Shown: positions 24,607 to 38,392 of the stretch, in pieces
Layout of the letters: each line of letters begins with the position of its first letter
Numbering within the stretch: position 1 is the stretch's first letter
DNA from: Octopus vulgaris
Taxonomy: Eukaryota
Direction of reading: 5' to 3'
Assembly (NCBI GenBank): GCA_951406725.2
Contig: OX597814.1
Location: 36,208,001-36,272,000 of the forward strand
DNA: 64,000 nt
Notes under the pieces: generated by a model
The model's input: the letters and a program-made list of their open reading frames with translations, nothing else
What the model was told of the DNA's origin: nothing
Database searches by the model: none
Program-made: the position numbers and the translations under genes

Positions 24607-25660
24607 ATATATTAGCAGAGAAGTGGCAGACAATCACATCTTGTAATGAGCAAAATAGCTAGTTCTAAAATCTGTAAACGGGGTATAATTGGTAACAATA
24701 CTAGATGGTGATATTTTTTTTGCCACAATAATAAAAACGTTTTCCTTGGGTTAAATTGCAGTAACATAGTTAGCCATGTTATAGTGGCACGAAAACGTTA
24801 CCATCTAGTATTGTTACTACTTATATCTTGCTTAGATATTTTAGAACTAGCTATTTTGCTCATTATTACAAGATCAGCAACTGTTTGCTGCTTTGCTTCT
24901 CTGTTTATATATTGAGAGTAGGGACGATTGATTGCCATCTCTAGCAGAAACCATAGTCTACTGCTCTTGCCAAGCTGGAGGGGAGTGATTTGCTCCCTTA
25001 CTCACAGTATATTGGACGCAAGTTGTGTGTTATTAACCAGTTGGGAAAACGTTTTCCTGGGGTGAAAATGTAGTAACGTAATTCTTTATAGAACAGCCAC
25101 ATAATAGTGGCAAGTAAAAAAACCTTACTGTCTAGTATTATTACTACTTATATCTCCTTTAGAGATTTTAGAACTAGCTTGTTGGCAGTCAATCTTCTCT
25201 GCTCACAATATATTAACAGAGAAACAGCAGACAGCTGCTGATCTTTTTACAAGCAGAAACCAGTTGACTATGGCTTCTGGGTATTTCCCCTTCATTGGTA
25301 CTGGACAGCTTCCTGCTAGAAATGGCATTTAATCGTCCCTACTAATAATATATAAACAGAGAAGTGGCAAACAGTCGCTGATCTCGTAATAATGAGTAAA
25401 ATAGCTAGCTTTAAAATCTCTAGGCAAGATATAAGTAGTAACAATACTAGATGGTAACGTTTTCTTGCCACTATAACATGGCTGTTCTATAAAGAACTAT
25501 GTTATTACATATTAACCCCAGGAAAACGTTTATGTTATAGTTGCAAAAAAATATTACCATCTAGTATTGTTACCAATTATACCCCATTTATAGATTTTAG
25601 AACTTGCTATTTTGCTCATTACAAGATCATTGGCTGTCTGCTACTTCTCTGTTAATATAT
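24607..25660. mobile_element. Nested foldback/MITE: ~350-bp inverted arms, each itself an imperfect inverted repeat
   Basis: A module beginning atatt..cagagaag.(g/a)gca.aca recurs at 24607(+), ~24913(-), 25338(+) and 25660(-). A partial module lies at 25046-25230. TA-flanked. Confidence 0.8.
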
Positions 25661-25699
25661 AGATATACACACATTTATATATATATATATATATATGCA

Positions 25700-26056
25700 C
25701 GTCCAATGGACGGTGCTGAGTTGTCAAACATTGAAACCAAATTTTCTCAAAACAACTTGTCCGACCATTCCATTTTGTGGAATTATTTCAAGCCAGCAAA
25801 CTGCACGTGCATTTTTCTCATGTATGTGTAGTATCGATCACAACCGATGATGTACTTGTGCATACAAATGCACGTTCCCACGGCTTTATCGATTGCATTC
25901 TCACCTGGAATCAATTTTTGTAATTTTTTCAAGATTTATACATGCCCTGATACTGTCAATATCTACATATCAAATTTGAACGCAATCAAATGGAGGATGC
26001 CCGAGATCCTAGAAGACACACACACAGACAGACAGAACAGATTTTATATAATAGAT
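25700..26056 (-). mobile_element. Non-autonomous Helitron-like element
   Basis: Minus strand starts a|TCTATTATATAAAA-tctgttctgtctgtctgtgtgtg, the same 5' layout as the Helitrons at 47821 and 48561. Confidence 0.5.
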
Positions 26057-26926
26057 GATATATACACATAAATGTCAAATGATGAAATTGAATGCTCCAT
26101 ACCACATTGGTGGATATAATTTCTTTATTTGTGAATTAAGGCTACCATTGGTTTCATGTTAAGAAAAGTAGGAAAATAACCTGGTGTTTTAACAATTTTT
26201 CAAGCCAATCACATGGAGAAAAGTGTCCACCTCCACTATAGCAAACAGACTTGCTTTGATCACAGGCTTCTCATACATTTGCATGTTTATATATACATAT
26301 ATATGTTTCTAAGGCTATGAGCTAGCAGAGTCATTAGCATGCCATTAGTGGCGTTTTGTCTGTCTTTTACATTCTGAGTTCAAATTTTGCCAAATTTTGA
26401 GCTTTGCTTTTCATCCTTTTGGGGTCAATAAATACAAGTTGAGTACTGAGGTTAATGTTATCGACTTATCTTCTCCTCCAAACTTGCTGGCTTTGTGCCA
26501 AAATTTGAAAGCAATATCTATGTGCATGTGTATATGCATACATACATACACATGCATATATATACAAGTAAATGAACAAATAAAGAAATAGCCTTATACA
26601 CATTTGATTGGTGATATGTGTATTTCATAACATTTTGACTCACTTCCATTGTACTTAAATATTTGTGAGCATAGAACAGATCTGCATCTCTGGTGTTTGG
26701 AGAGAGTGAAAAGAAATAAAAGAAAAATTAAAATTCCTTCAAGATGGGAATATTAAGACCTCCATTGGCCAGTTCATATCACATACTTGTTTTTGCTATC
26801 TGAACAACATCAATTCCTTTATTTGTAAGGTCAGATGATGAACCATCACCATGAAACCTGCCATTAATTGTGTCAGCTAACTCTAGAGAATAGAAACCAC
26901 CATCACTACCAACAAAAACAACAAGT

Positions 26927-27290
26927 GGAGGTGCAATGGCCCAATGGTTAGGGTAGCGGACTTGCGGTTGGAGGATTGTGGTTTCGATTCCCAGACCGGG
27001 CGTTGTGTGTGTTTATTGAGCGAAAACACCTAAAGCTCCATGAGTCTCCAGCAGTGGGGTGGTGGGACCCCTGTTGTACACTTTCGCTCCAACTTTCTCT
27101 CACTCTTTCTTCCTGTTTCTTGTCCCTGACTTCCTACTCAACAGCTGAGCCTGGATGTGCATTCATCCATCCGTCGATGCTCTCGGTGTCGGGGGTTGAC
27201 CTGCTTTCTCTTCTGCGGTTCTTATGAATAGCAAAAGACCACGTATCGGACTTCTCCCACTACGGACGAAGACCGCTTCGCTCAACAAAC
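26927..27290 (+). mobile_element. tRNA-derived SINE (family A head, variant tail)
   Basis: A box tggcccaatgg, B box gtttcgattccc, (aaac)n tail. The head is shared with 62439. Confidence 0.75.
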
Positions 27291-28138
27291 AAACAAAAAC
27301 AACATAAATCTCAGCTTGTCTTTGATATACAGCTATGATGCTAGCTAAATTGTGCTTTGTATTTCAAGTTGGTTAATATTACAGATGTAATATATAAAGG
27401 CAGCAAACTGGCAAAATTTTTAGATCCTTGGAAAGAATGCCTTGTGGTATTTGTTCTGTCTTATTTTGATCTAAGTTCAAATCCTACAATTCCAGAAGAA
27501 AAGACTGCATAGTTATGTTTGGAATAACCTTTCACCATGGCAGATCGAACTTGAAAGAAAGCTGCCAAGCATATATGCATGTGCATGTATATATACACAC
27601 ATATGAACGTGTGTGTGTATGATCTTTCTGTGTGTTTGTTTACATATATGCTTTCCTAAAAAATCACCAAGTGATGCCTTTGTCATTTCCTTTGCCAACA
27701 AATCATCTTCTGGCTTTGTGCCTACAAAGAATTGTGGAACGATATTTCCCTAACTTCAAAGGCAGGATGAGTGACAGCAAGGGTATCAAAGTAAAACAAT
27801 GCCTTGGTAATATACTTGTCTAACCCATGCTAGCAGATATAAATAATATAGACAACAGGTCTATATCATTATCATCATCATTGTTTAACGTCTGATGTTT
27901 ATGCTGGTATGGGTTGGACAGTTTGACTGAGGCCTGGCAAGCCAGATGGGTACACTAGGCTCCAATCTGATCTGGCAAAGTTTCTACAGCTGGATTCCCT
28001 TCCTAATGCCAACCACTCTGAGGGTGTAGTGGGTGCCTTCTATGTGCCACTGGCACGAGGGCCAGTGTGGCGGTATGTATATAACATGTAGGCACACGCA
28101 CACACACACACACACGTATTTGAGTGTGTATTAATTTG

Positions 28139-28217
28139 CACCACCATCTTCACTGGGATGTGTTCTTTCAAAAGCTGTAGGCTATTGAAAGAACACATCC
28201 CAGTGAAGATGGTGGTG
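28139..28217. other. Perfect 33-bp-stem hairpin
   Basis: caccaccatcttcactgggatgtgttctttcaa, a 13-nt spacer, then ttgaaagaacacatcccagtgaagatggtggtg. Confidence 0.9.
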
Positions 28218-30239
28218 AGAAATCCTCTTGTATAGATGTTAAATGCTAAAAGTGCACAGGTTGTATTGGCAGTCAAAATTGTATTGGCACTGGTAGATGT
28301 GAGTCTTTATTACATAATTTCAGCATAATTTGCACTTCCTCAGTAACAGGTATCCTACCAACGAATATCATATCCAAAATCCACCAGATTGATATAGTTT
28401 AACACTGACTAAATAGTCACTGATGTTGCAAAAAGTTGTTGGGTTGTGTAAAATTAACTATTAATAATAGAAGCAGCTTTCACAATGATTATTCATCTGC
28501 TCATTCAACTTAACTTGAGTGTGCTGCTTTAAATGCTGGAGTCAGGGGCAGTTCTTCAGTGTGATCATTTTGTATTGACATTAAAATATATTTGTTTGAT
28601 GGATTTCTATCTGGTATGGTGGTTGTTACTGACGATGCACACATTATGCTGAAATATCATGATATAACAATCTCATCTGCCAATGCTGACAAAATTTCTT
28701 CTGCAGATATAATCTATGTTTTTCTTTAGCACTTAACATCCATAGAACATGATTTTTCAGGATGATTGCAGCAGCCTATGGCATTCAAAATAATGTATCA
28801 AAGTTAAGCTGGATGCGCAAATTAATATTCATTAAAAAGACTGCTCCTGTTGCTAATAGCTTTGTCAACGAATCTAGAAGTAAAACAAAAAATATGCACC
28901 TTTAATTTTTATCCACAGAGAGGGTATATTAATCAAAGTATACAGTATTATAGATCCATTTCAACTGATCTTACTAATTTATATTGCACAGAGTATTAGA
29001 TAACCAGATATTAGATAACAGCACATTTAAGTAACACCACATGCTTTCAGAGATCACATATTGTGTATATTACGTGTGTGTACATGTGTTTGTACTAATT
29101 CAAAAATGGCAGTTGTTATACTCTGTAATATTACATCCTGTAGTTGGTGCTTTAGCAAAATAGTATTCAATAAAATAAGTAACAGCCTCAGATGCATTTG
29201 GGGTCAGTATGAATCATTGATCATGTTGCTCCAGTATGGCACAGTCTTCTGACTAAAACCAGTAGAAGAAAATAAAGGAATACCAAATCCTATTGTCTTT
29301 ATTTCCCATAGTACTTCTCATTGTTTTTTGTTCTTTTTATTTACTTTTTTTCAATTTTGTACTATAGGTTATTTTAAGTTATTTCATTTATTCCATGCAG
29401 GAAAGACACAAGCGTACACACACTCACTCATATATATATATATATACAAACACAGATACACACACACATACATATACACCAGCCAAACAAAACAACAACA
29501 GCTAGCTATATGATTGATGACACTCAATTTAGATTCGAATAAAAATTTCAGGTTCATGCTGTGGCTGAGCACGGGGGAATGCAAGAGGGTGTGGGTGAAA
29601 TTAAATAAATATCATCCAAAAAAATAACAAAAGGAAAAAACAAACACCCCTCTCTGACTTTTACCCCACCCCCACCCCTACCAAAAAATAAAGATTAAAA
29701 AAGAAACAAGATAATAAAACAAACACCTGATTAATCTGTTTATGAATCAGTTGTTGGTTGATTAAAGTTGTTTTAATACATTGGCAAACTTGTAGTCTTC
29801 GACAAAAATAAAATAAAACAATCAGATAAAATAAACAACAAATACAATAAATAAATAACTAAATGAATAAATGAATGAATAAATTAATTGATTAATTTTT
29901 TTTCTTTTTTCTTTTAAAGTAAAAATCCAATAATAGTTCGATTTGAGATGATATCATTTTTGAAATTAAGTAAAAATAAATAAATTGAAATCAATGTCAA
30001 CTGTTTGTAAGAAATTAAACTGGTGTCAAATTTATATTTATTTTCTGTCTATTTATTTATTTATTTATTTATGTCTAAATTTATCGATATCTCATTTCAT
30101 TGTTTATTTGCTTAATTTTTTTTTTTCTCTTTTACTTAACAGCTTTATACTCTTGGCTTCTATTACTGTTAAAGATTACAGCAGAAATCAGTTGTTGTTT
30201 AGCTCTGGGATAGATCTGATTCTGCAGAACAATCTTTTA

Positions 30240-30743
30240 TCTTTTATCTCTTACTTGTTTCATTCATTTGACTGTGGCCATGCTGGGGCATGCCCTTGAA
30301 GTTTTACTCAAATGAACTGATTTTTAAAGCTTGGTACTTATTTTATCAATCTCTTTTGCCAAACTGCTAAGTTATGGGAATCCAAACACACCAACATTGG
30401 TTGTCAAATGGTGGTGGTGATGGTGAGGACAAACACAGACACCATCATCATCATCATCATCATTCAATGTCCGTTTTCCATGCTGGCATGGGTTGGACTG
30501 TTTGACTGAGGTCCAGAAAGCCAGTGGCTGCACCAGGCTCCAATCTGATCTAGCAATGTTTCTACAGCTGGATGCCCTTCCTAATGCTAACCACTCTGAG
30601 ATTGTAGTGGGTGCTTTTTACATGCCACCGGCACAGGAGCCAGTCAGGCGGACCTGGCATCGAACGCATTTAGTTAGTGCTTTTTATGTGCCATCAGTAT
30701 GGGAACCAGTCGGAGGGCACTGGCATCTATATATATATGTGTG

Positions 30744-30802
<59 letters not shown>

Positions 30803-30990
30803 AAACACACACACACACACACACATACATATTTAAAATGGGCTTCTTTTAGTTTTTGTTTCCCGAATCCACTCACAAGGCTTTGGTCAGCCTGAGGCTA
30901 CAGTATTATAAGACACTTGTTCAAGATGCCTCATGGTGGGACTGAACCCAGAACCATGTGGTTGGGAAGCAAGCTTCTTAGCACACTGCA
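30240..30990 (-). mobile_element. SINE family B with a family C copy (30442-30727) nested at its internal microsatellite
   Basis: The B 3' half (30240-30440) and 5' half (30830-30990) are separated by the (cat)n/family C body. Confidence 0.7.
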
Positions 30991-32046
30991 ATGCCTATGT
31001 TCAAAGTCATTTCGGTTGTGATCATCCCACCTTTTTGTATATCAAAATAATAATTTCATTTCAGTCATTGGACTGTGATGACCACAAATTGACCCCAGTA
31101 TATAACTTATTTTCAAGTCTGGCACTTATTCTATCAGTTTCTATTTGTTGAACCACTAACTTATGGGAACACAGACAAATCAACACCAGTTAAGTGATGG
31201 TGGGTATCAAACACAACACAAAAGTGCACATGCACACACACAGAAATACACACACACATACATACATGTATAAGTACAATGGGCTTCTTTCTGTTTCCGT
31301 CTATCAAATCCACTAAGAAGGCTTTGGTCAGATCAGGGCTATAACAGAAGACACTTACACCAGGAGCCACACAGTGGAACTGAAACCAGAACCATATGGT
31401 TGTGAACCAGCACTTCTTACTACACATTAAGATGTAACTTGAAAAAGATTAAGCTGCTGTAATAAACATATAAAACTACTGTGTAGAAGCTATCTCATTG
31501 AATAGTGATTAAATCCTGCTATTTTAGAATGTCCTTAAAAGAAAGATACCATAACTGTTGCTTTCTAATGTCCAATCCATTCTCAAAGACATGTCATATC
31601 TTCCGTAATGCAAGCTAGCAATAAGTTAATATAGCAGTGCTTCTCATTTCAGTATATGTAACAATACCAACTTCCCCTGTGTGCCTATATATGAAGCCTG
31701 TTTGAAATTATTTGGTTTGATCCATTGATATTTACATGTCAAGGAAGGAGGTGGGCTGGCAGACTCATTAGCATTCCAGGTAAAATGGCTAGCAGCATTT
31801 CAACCATCTTTACATTCTGAGTTCAAATTCTGCAGAAGTCAACTTTGCCTTTCATGCATTTGGGGTTGATAAAATAATCACATTGCGCTTATCAATAGAT
31901 TTGTTTCTGTAAATAACTTGTTTGTTAGACATATCAAGTCCATCTTTTGTTAAATGGTTAATGTTGGCCTGTTGCTTCCACTTAGAACACAATATTTGAA
32001 GAATATAGCAGAAAACTACTCTATCACCAACGGCAATTTGAACCAC

Positions 32047-32460
32047 CTCTTTTACTCTTTTACTTGTTTCAGTCATTTGACTGCAGCCATGCTGGAGCAC
32101 CGCCTTTAATCGAACAACTCGACCCCAGGACTTATTCTTTTTGTAAGCCCAGTACTTATTCTATCGGTTTCTTTTGCCGAACCGCAAAGTAACGGGGACA
32201 TAAACGCACCAGCATCGGTTGTCAAGCAATGTTAGGGGGACAAACACAGACACACAAACACACACACGCATATATATATATATATACATATATACGACGG
32301 GCTTCTTTTCAGTTTCCGTCTACCAAATCCACTCACAAGGCTTTGGTCGGCCCGAGGCTATAGTAGAAGACACTTGCCCAAGGTGCCACACAGTGGGACT
32401 GAACCTGGAACCATGTGGTTGGTAAACAAGCTACTTACCACACAGCCGCTCCTGCACCTA
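32047..32460 (-). mobile_element. SINE family B, full length (tRNA-like head, CORE-like gcaccttgggcaagtgtctt, internal microsatellite, gtaaaaga tail)
   Basis: Matches copies at 44165-44570, 54530-54950, 55810-56210, 56415-56826 and 60202-60585. Partial copies are near 6935, 7845, 17630, 18400, 31060 and 38530. Confidence 0.85.
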
Positions 32461-32508
32461 TATAAGTTAATTAAAAAGTTATACCCACTTGTGTTTTATT
32501 TTTAGTAA

Positions 32509-32847
32509 GGGTAAAGCCCCCTTCGGTCATGAATGACCATGGGATTGCACCTAGAAAGTTACCCTCCTAGACACAAGTCTGGGCAAGGTTGTTTATGGAA
32601 GACCAGCAGTCGCCCATGCATACCAGCCTCTCCTCTCCACGCCACCAGTGTTATCCAAGGGAAAGACAAAGGCCGATACAGCTTGGCACCTGTGACGTCG
32701 CAACTCATTTCCACAGTTGAGTGAACTGGAGCAACGTGAAATAAAGTGCCTTGCTCAAGAACACAACACGCAGCCCGGTCCGGGATTCGAGCTCACAACC
32801 TCACGATCGTAAGCTCGACGCTCTAACCACTGAGCCATGTGCCTTCC
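32509..32847 (-). mobile_element. tRNA-derived SINE with 13-bp TSD
   Basis: Minus-strand head tggctcagtggttagagc..gctcgaatccc. TSD ttatttttagtaa is on both sides. Confidence 0.8.
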
Positions 32848-33039
32848 TTATTTTTAGTAAAACCCTCATATATGTAGTAGATATGGCTTACTTCCTCTGC
32901 AGAGAGCATTTCAGAACTGAGCAGGCAGATCAGTTGGTTATAAATCAATAGAAACTTACATAAAAGTGATAAGTACCACATGTCTTGTTCAAGAGCATTA
33001 ATCCATAGAAACCACAATCAGGTTTCGTTTTGGACCCAT

Positions 33040-33079
<40 letters not shown>

Positions 33080-34072
33080 TGAATTTTTGCAGAAATTTTG
33101 AATTATTTGAAAACATACTTTTCAATATTTTTTCCAGATCCTCACATTCTGATTTCAAATTTCTCTTATATCTCTCAATGAAACAACGTACCAGTCAATA
33201 CAGGGGTACTCGATCAAACAAAGTATGAATCAAGTACTAGGGTGGATGGTTTCAATTAATACTTTACCCTTAAAATTACTGGCATTGTTCGAATAATATT
33301 CAGCAATCTTGAATATTACTGAATATTATTATCATTAATTATACTGATAGTATTAGCAGTAGCAATGCATACTTTTAAAGGTGAACTGTGGAATTTCAGT
33401 TTATGTGCTATAATGTAAGTGATTCTACATTTTCAGAAATTGAAGAAACAATTCTTAAAAGCCAGTCAAACAGATATCCTTCACTGAGGAATAATAGAAT
33501 TTCTATCATCAATAAAATGTTGGAAATGTCATGAATTAAAATCTAGGGAAATATGCAAATGTCCTGCCATTTTTTTTATATGCATGGATTCCATAATGAA
33601 AAAGAGAAATGCCTTAATATAATGCTGTTAATATAAAACTCATTGATGATATAATTTCTAAAAAGGCAAGACAATTGAAGAAGCAAAGAAATATATTGTA
33701 TCTGAAGTATTCCATGTTGTTTCTAATGTGAAATGGAATGCAGAATACATGAAATGAGAACACTTACTGAGACACCTTTTGCTCTTCTCTTCCCAGTTTT
33801 CTGATGAACCAGTGACAGATCCTCTGCTTAGTAACTCAACCTACTACAAACAGCAACCATATTTCCTTCAACTAACATGCTAATTTTTTGAGAAGTGAAA
33901 GACAGGTAAAATAATATAGTCTCGCATGCACTAAAGTTGAGTAAAAAATGATTTGCTCATATTTCGAATACTATTCAACATAGTTCTCTCCAGCTGATGT
34001 TGACTCAGAACTAAATAACAACTCTTCTACTTTTCTTCTCTTTCCTCTGCTAATCCCCACCTCAATATTATC

Positions 34073-34282
34073 TATTTCTTTACTGCCCACAAGGGGCTAA
34101 ACAAAGAGGGGACAAACAAGGACACACAAAGGGATTAAGTCAATTACATTGACCCCAGTGTGAAACTGGTACTTTATTTATCGCCCCCGAAAGGATTAGA
34201 GGCAAAGTCAACCTCAGCGGAATTTGAACTCAGAATGTAATGACACGAAATACTGCTACCGTTTCTGCCAACTCACTGCCTT
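34073..34282 (-). mobile_element. SINE family D with 16-bp TSD
   Basis: TSD ccacctcaatattatc at 34057-34072 and 34283-34298. Meta-domain-like core. Confidence 0.8.
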
Positions 34283-35073
34283 CCACCTCAATATTATCCT
34301 GATACCACTAATATTTCCTTTGGGCTTTACACTTTAGTGCATGTGGTAACTACTGCAGTGGGCACAGAATTTGTTGCAGGCCAGTACTCATCCATGGTTA
34401 CAGGAAATTATGCTAGCTTACTGGATAATGAATCACAGACTAGAAAATTTAGCAAGAGGCAACTGATTAACACATTCCTATGTTCTGTATTAATTAGTAT
34501 CATAATAGGTATGGGTGTGGCTGTGCAGTTCAGAAGTTTGCTTCAGCATCATATGGTTTCAAATGTGTTCCTACTGCATGAACACTATGAGTTGACAATC
34601 TTGGCTATAGTCACAGGTTGACCAGTACCCTTTGAGTCATAATCACTTAAATTATCTGCCGCTGTCTGCAAGTTGCTAGCAATACAATTAATACTAAATT
34701 TTTGTTTCCTTTCTCCAGCTAAAAGGCAAATTTCATTTCATTAAATAATTATGCATATGCCATTCAGTACATACTCACTACCTTAATTAGCTATGTTCAT
34801 GTCATTGCCCTTTTTGACTTTATTCCCTTTGCTCAGTTTATGTAATTACACAAATTATACTGGACAAAAATAAATAATTGTTTGTCATCTTCTGCTTATA
34901 TAAATCTCCATCAACTGATCATAAAAGATTTGGAAAGACAATGCTATAATCATGATGTCTAATGCATTTATAATCTATCCATAATTGACACCGTACCTGC
35001 TAATAAAGATCAGAGTTCCCTTCAGTACTTGAACTATAGATTTTGTGTGAAACAATTTCTTTATATTTGAAAA

Positions 35074-35465
35074 CTAACAGTATCGCCCAGCGTTGCTCAG
35101 GTTTGTTTCGACCTTTTAGAATTGGAATTTTTGAAAAGTAAAAATTTTGCATTATGTAGCTTGTTATTCTTTTTAAGTGAACATTTTTCTGGTTGAAATA
35201 CACCGAAAAATGGCGACACAGCAGTAATAAAAAATCGTAAAACATAGGTATTTTCATAGAAAAAAAGCACCTTTTTGATGTAAATAATTTTTGGTCGTAA
35301 CATGGTCCTATTTGAATTTTATCTTCTACGGAAGGAAGAGCAAGCCTTCTTCTATCATCCTCTGAATTTTGACCAGCTTGTGCTGCAGGGTCTCAAAGGA
35401 GATAGTGTTAGTTGAAGGCTACCAAATCTGCCATACACAGACAACTTCAGCTTTATATAGAGAGA
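35074..35465 (-). mobile_element. Non-autonomous Helitron (second copy of 48561-48949)
   Basis: Reverse-complement match along its length, with a subterminal hairpin and a TTAG end. Confidence 0.75.
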
Positions 35466-36754
35466 GATTATCAATGCCAGGTAAAATGCTTAACAGCATT
35501 TCATCCATCTTTACATTCTGAATTCAAAATCTGCCAAGCTCCATTTTGCCTTTCATCCTTTTGGGGCCGGCAAAATAAGTACCAGTTGAACACCAGCGTC
35601 AATGTAAGTGATTTAACCCCTACCTACAAATTGTTGGTCTTGTGCCAAAATTTGAAACCAATATTTCGAATTATCTTGCTTGTTCCTTTGAGATTAGTTA
35701 ATCAGTATTAGTTGCATATTTGTTTCCACTCTCCCACTATGAGTCAAATTTAAATTCATTAAGAATCCTTTAATAAACATCATTCAGTATATTATTACCT
35801 GAATTATTTAAATTTATTGGCTCACTTAATTTATTTCCCTTAATTTATTTTTTGTAATTAAGCCTAGACTTCACTATGTAGGATTAGAAATCAGAATGGC
35901 TAAAGATGGAACTTCTTTCATTAGAGTTCTGCTTAATGACTGCAAACAACATCATTATGAATATGATAATCATCTTCATGTTGGTGATTATGATGATGTT
36001 CATGACAGTAGTGGTAATTAGAATGGTAATTAGCAACATCATTATTGTCATTATCCTCATAATCAGTATTTATCATTAGCACAGTCAATGTGTTCATGAC
36101 TTCTCAGATAAAACCTAAACACTGATTTCAGTGGTTCCTCTTCATTATCCTTATTATCATAATCCTAATCAACCATCTATGAACCACCACTACCACTGGC
36201 ACCACAACCATCGACCACTCCAGCCCCGACCACTGCTGCTGCTGCCACTGCTGCCACCACCACTACAACCTACACTTTCATCTGTAAAACCATAACTCAC
36301 CATTACTATCATCATCATCATTTAACGTTCGTTTTCCATGCGGGCATGAGTTGGATAGTTTGACAGAAGCTGGCCAGCTGGGGGACTGCATTAGGCTCCA
36401 ATTGCCTGTCTTAGCTTGGTTTCTATGGCTGGATGCCTTTCCGAATGCCAGCCTCTTTACAGAGTGTACTGGGTGCTTTTTACATGGCATCAACATAACT
36501 GCTGTATATGTGATACCAGCATGGGTGATTTACATGGCACCAGCATGTGTGCTTTATACATGGTAGTGGCATGAGTGCTTTATATGTGGCACTGGTATGC
36601 ATGCTTTTTACATGAAACCAGCATGGGTGTTTTCTATGTGGGATGGGCATCGATGCTTTTTAATTGGCACTGCGTAAGCATTTTATGTGGTACCAGCACA
36701 GGTGTTTTTTACATGACTCCAGCACCTGCAAGCTCATGAGACAAGGACCTCTCT

Positions 36755-36945
36755 GCTTAGTGGTATTTCGTTCGCCACTGCATTCTGAGTTCATATTCTG
36801 CCGAGGTCGACTTTGCCTTTCGTCCTTTCGGGGTCGATAAATTAAGTACCAGTTATGCACTGGGGTCGATGTAATCGACTTAATCCATTTGGCTGTCCTT
36901 GCTTGTCCCCTCTGTGTTTAGCCCCTTGTGGGTAGTAAAGAAATA
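36755..36945 (+). mobile_element. SINE family D
   Basis: ttctgagttca..gccgaggtcgactttgcctttcgtcctttcggggtcgataaattaagtacc..gtcccctctgtgtttagcccc. Confidence 0.8.
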
Positions 36946-37225
36946 GGCAGCCCTCTCACTATTGAGGAGCTACTTGGCTATCTCAGCTGAACAAGGAAGG
37001 AGAAGAAAGTGGGAGATAGTCAAGAAGAGAGATAGAGAGATAGTTAGAATGCGAGAGAGAGAGAGAGAGAAGGGCCTGCCCACAGGTAACAGTGGGAGTA
37101 GTATAAGTAGTTCAGATAGGATAGAGGGAGATATTTGGAGATACCAGAGACAGCAGGTGATGCTGAGAGGAATTGGGTCGGTTGTGGTAGTACCAACGTT
37201 TTCATAACATCATACATATATTGAA

Positions 37226-37550
37226 GTGAGGGCGTGTGGCTTAGTGGTTAGGGCATTCGGCTCATGATCGTAAGGTTGTGAGTCCGATTCCTGGCGACGC
37301 GTTGTGTCCTTGAGCAAGACACTTTATTTCACGTTGCTCCAGTCCACTCAGCTGGCAAAAATGAGTTGTGCTTGTATTTCAAAGGGTCAGCCTTGTCACT
37401 CTCTGTGTCACGCTGATTATCCCCGAGAACTACGTTAAGGGTACACGTGTCTGTGGAATGCTCAGCCATTTGCACGTTAATTTCACGAGCAAGCTGTTCC
37501 GTTGATCGTATCAGCTGGGACCCTCGTCGTCGTAACCGGCGGAGTCTTTA
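37226..37550 (+). mobile_element. tRNA-derived SINE with 12-bp TSD
   Basis: A and B boxes tggcttagtgg and gtccgattcc. TSD acatatattgaa. The 3' half is shared with 62640-62820 and 47150-47330. Confidence 0.85.
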
Positions 37551-38293
37551 ACATATATTGAAATATTATTTATGCATTTCTCAGTGAATATTTACATTTA
37601 AACATTAACTCCTTTGGAAGTTTCCCTAATTGTGCACCCAACTGTTTCTTTTCCTGATTTCTACTCCACTGTGTGTCTAGCCCTACCAATACGTAATCTT
37701 CATTAAGGCTTTGCTTGTCAACTAATTCCCTACAATCAAGTAACCTGCAACATTTTGAATTGAATTTTAATTCAAAATTTCTGTTTTATGCAAACATGGA
37801 AATCCTCATCATCATCGTTTGCACATCCAACTTAACTTCCAGGCTAGCATAGGTGGGATGGTACCACAAGAGCTGGCCAGGCAGAAGCCTTCACCAGACT
37901 TCTGTGACTGTTTTGGCAGGATTTTTACAGTTGGATGCCCTTCCTAACACCAACCACTTTACAGCAGAGACTGTGTGTTTTTGAGTGACACCTGCACTGA
38001 TAAGGTCACCAAGTACTTATAAAACAAAGTGAAGTATATATATATATATATATATATGGAAAAAAAGTCAAGATAGAGAATGCTAAAATAATTTTATAAA
38101 AAACATTTCAGTACCAGTTTCAGTCAACTGTAAGTATGGAAAACAATTAAATTTAGAAAAATTAAAAGAAAAGTTTTTTAAAAAGAATACTTGTATAGTG
38201 TTGAAATACAAGTGGCATCTCCCTTGTTTCTGCCTGACTTTGTCTCTCTTGTTTACTCTTGTGGGTTTGAGGTCCATGTGAATTCTTGGTAGG

Positions 38294-38392
38294 GAAGAAG
38301 AAGAAGAAGAAGAAGAAGAAGAAGAAGAAGAAGAAGAAGAAGAAGAAGAAGAAGAAGAAGAAGAAGAAGAAGAAGAAGAAGAAGAAGAAGAA
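38294..38392. repeat. (GAA)n pure tract, about 33 units
   Basis: Seen directly. Confidence 0.95.

Noticed and set aside
33437-33534. Exon after tttcag (EIEETILKSQ...)
   Set aside because: No compatible partner exon or recognisable homology was found.
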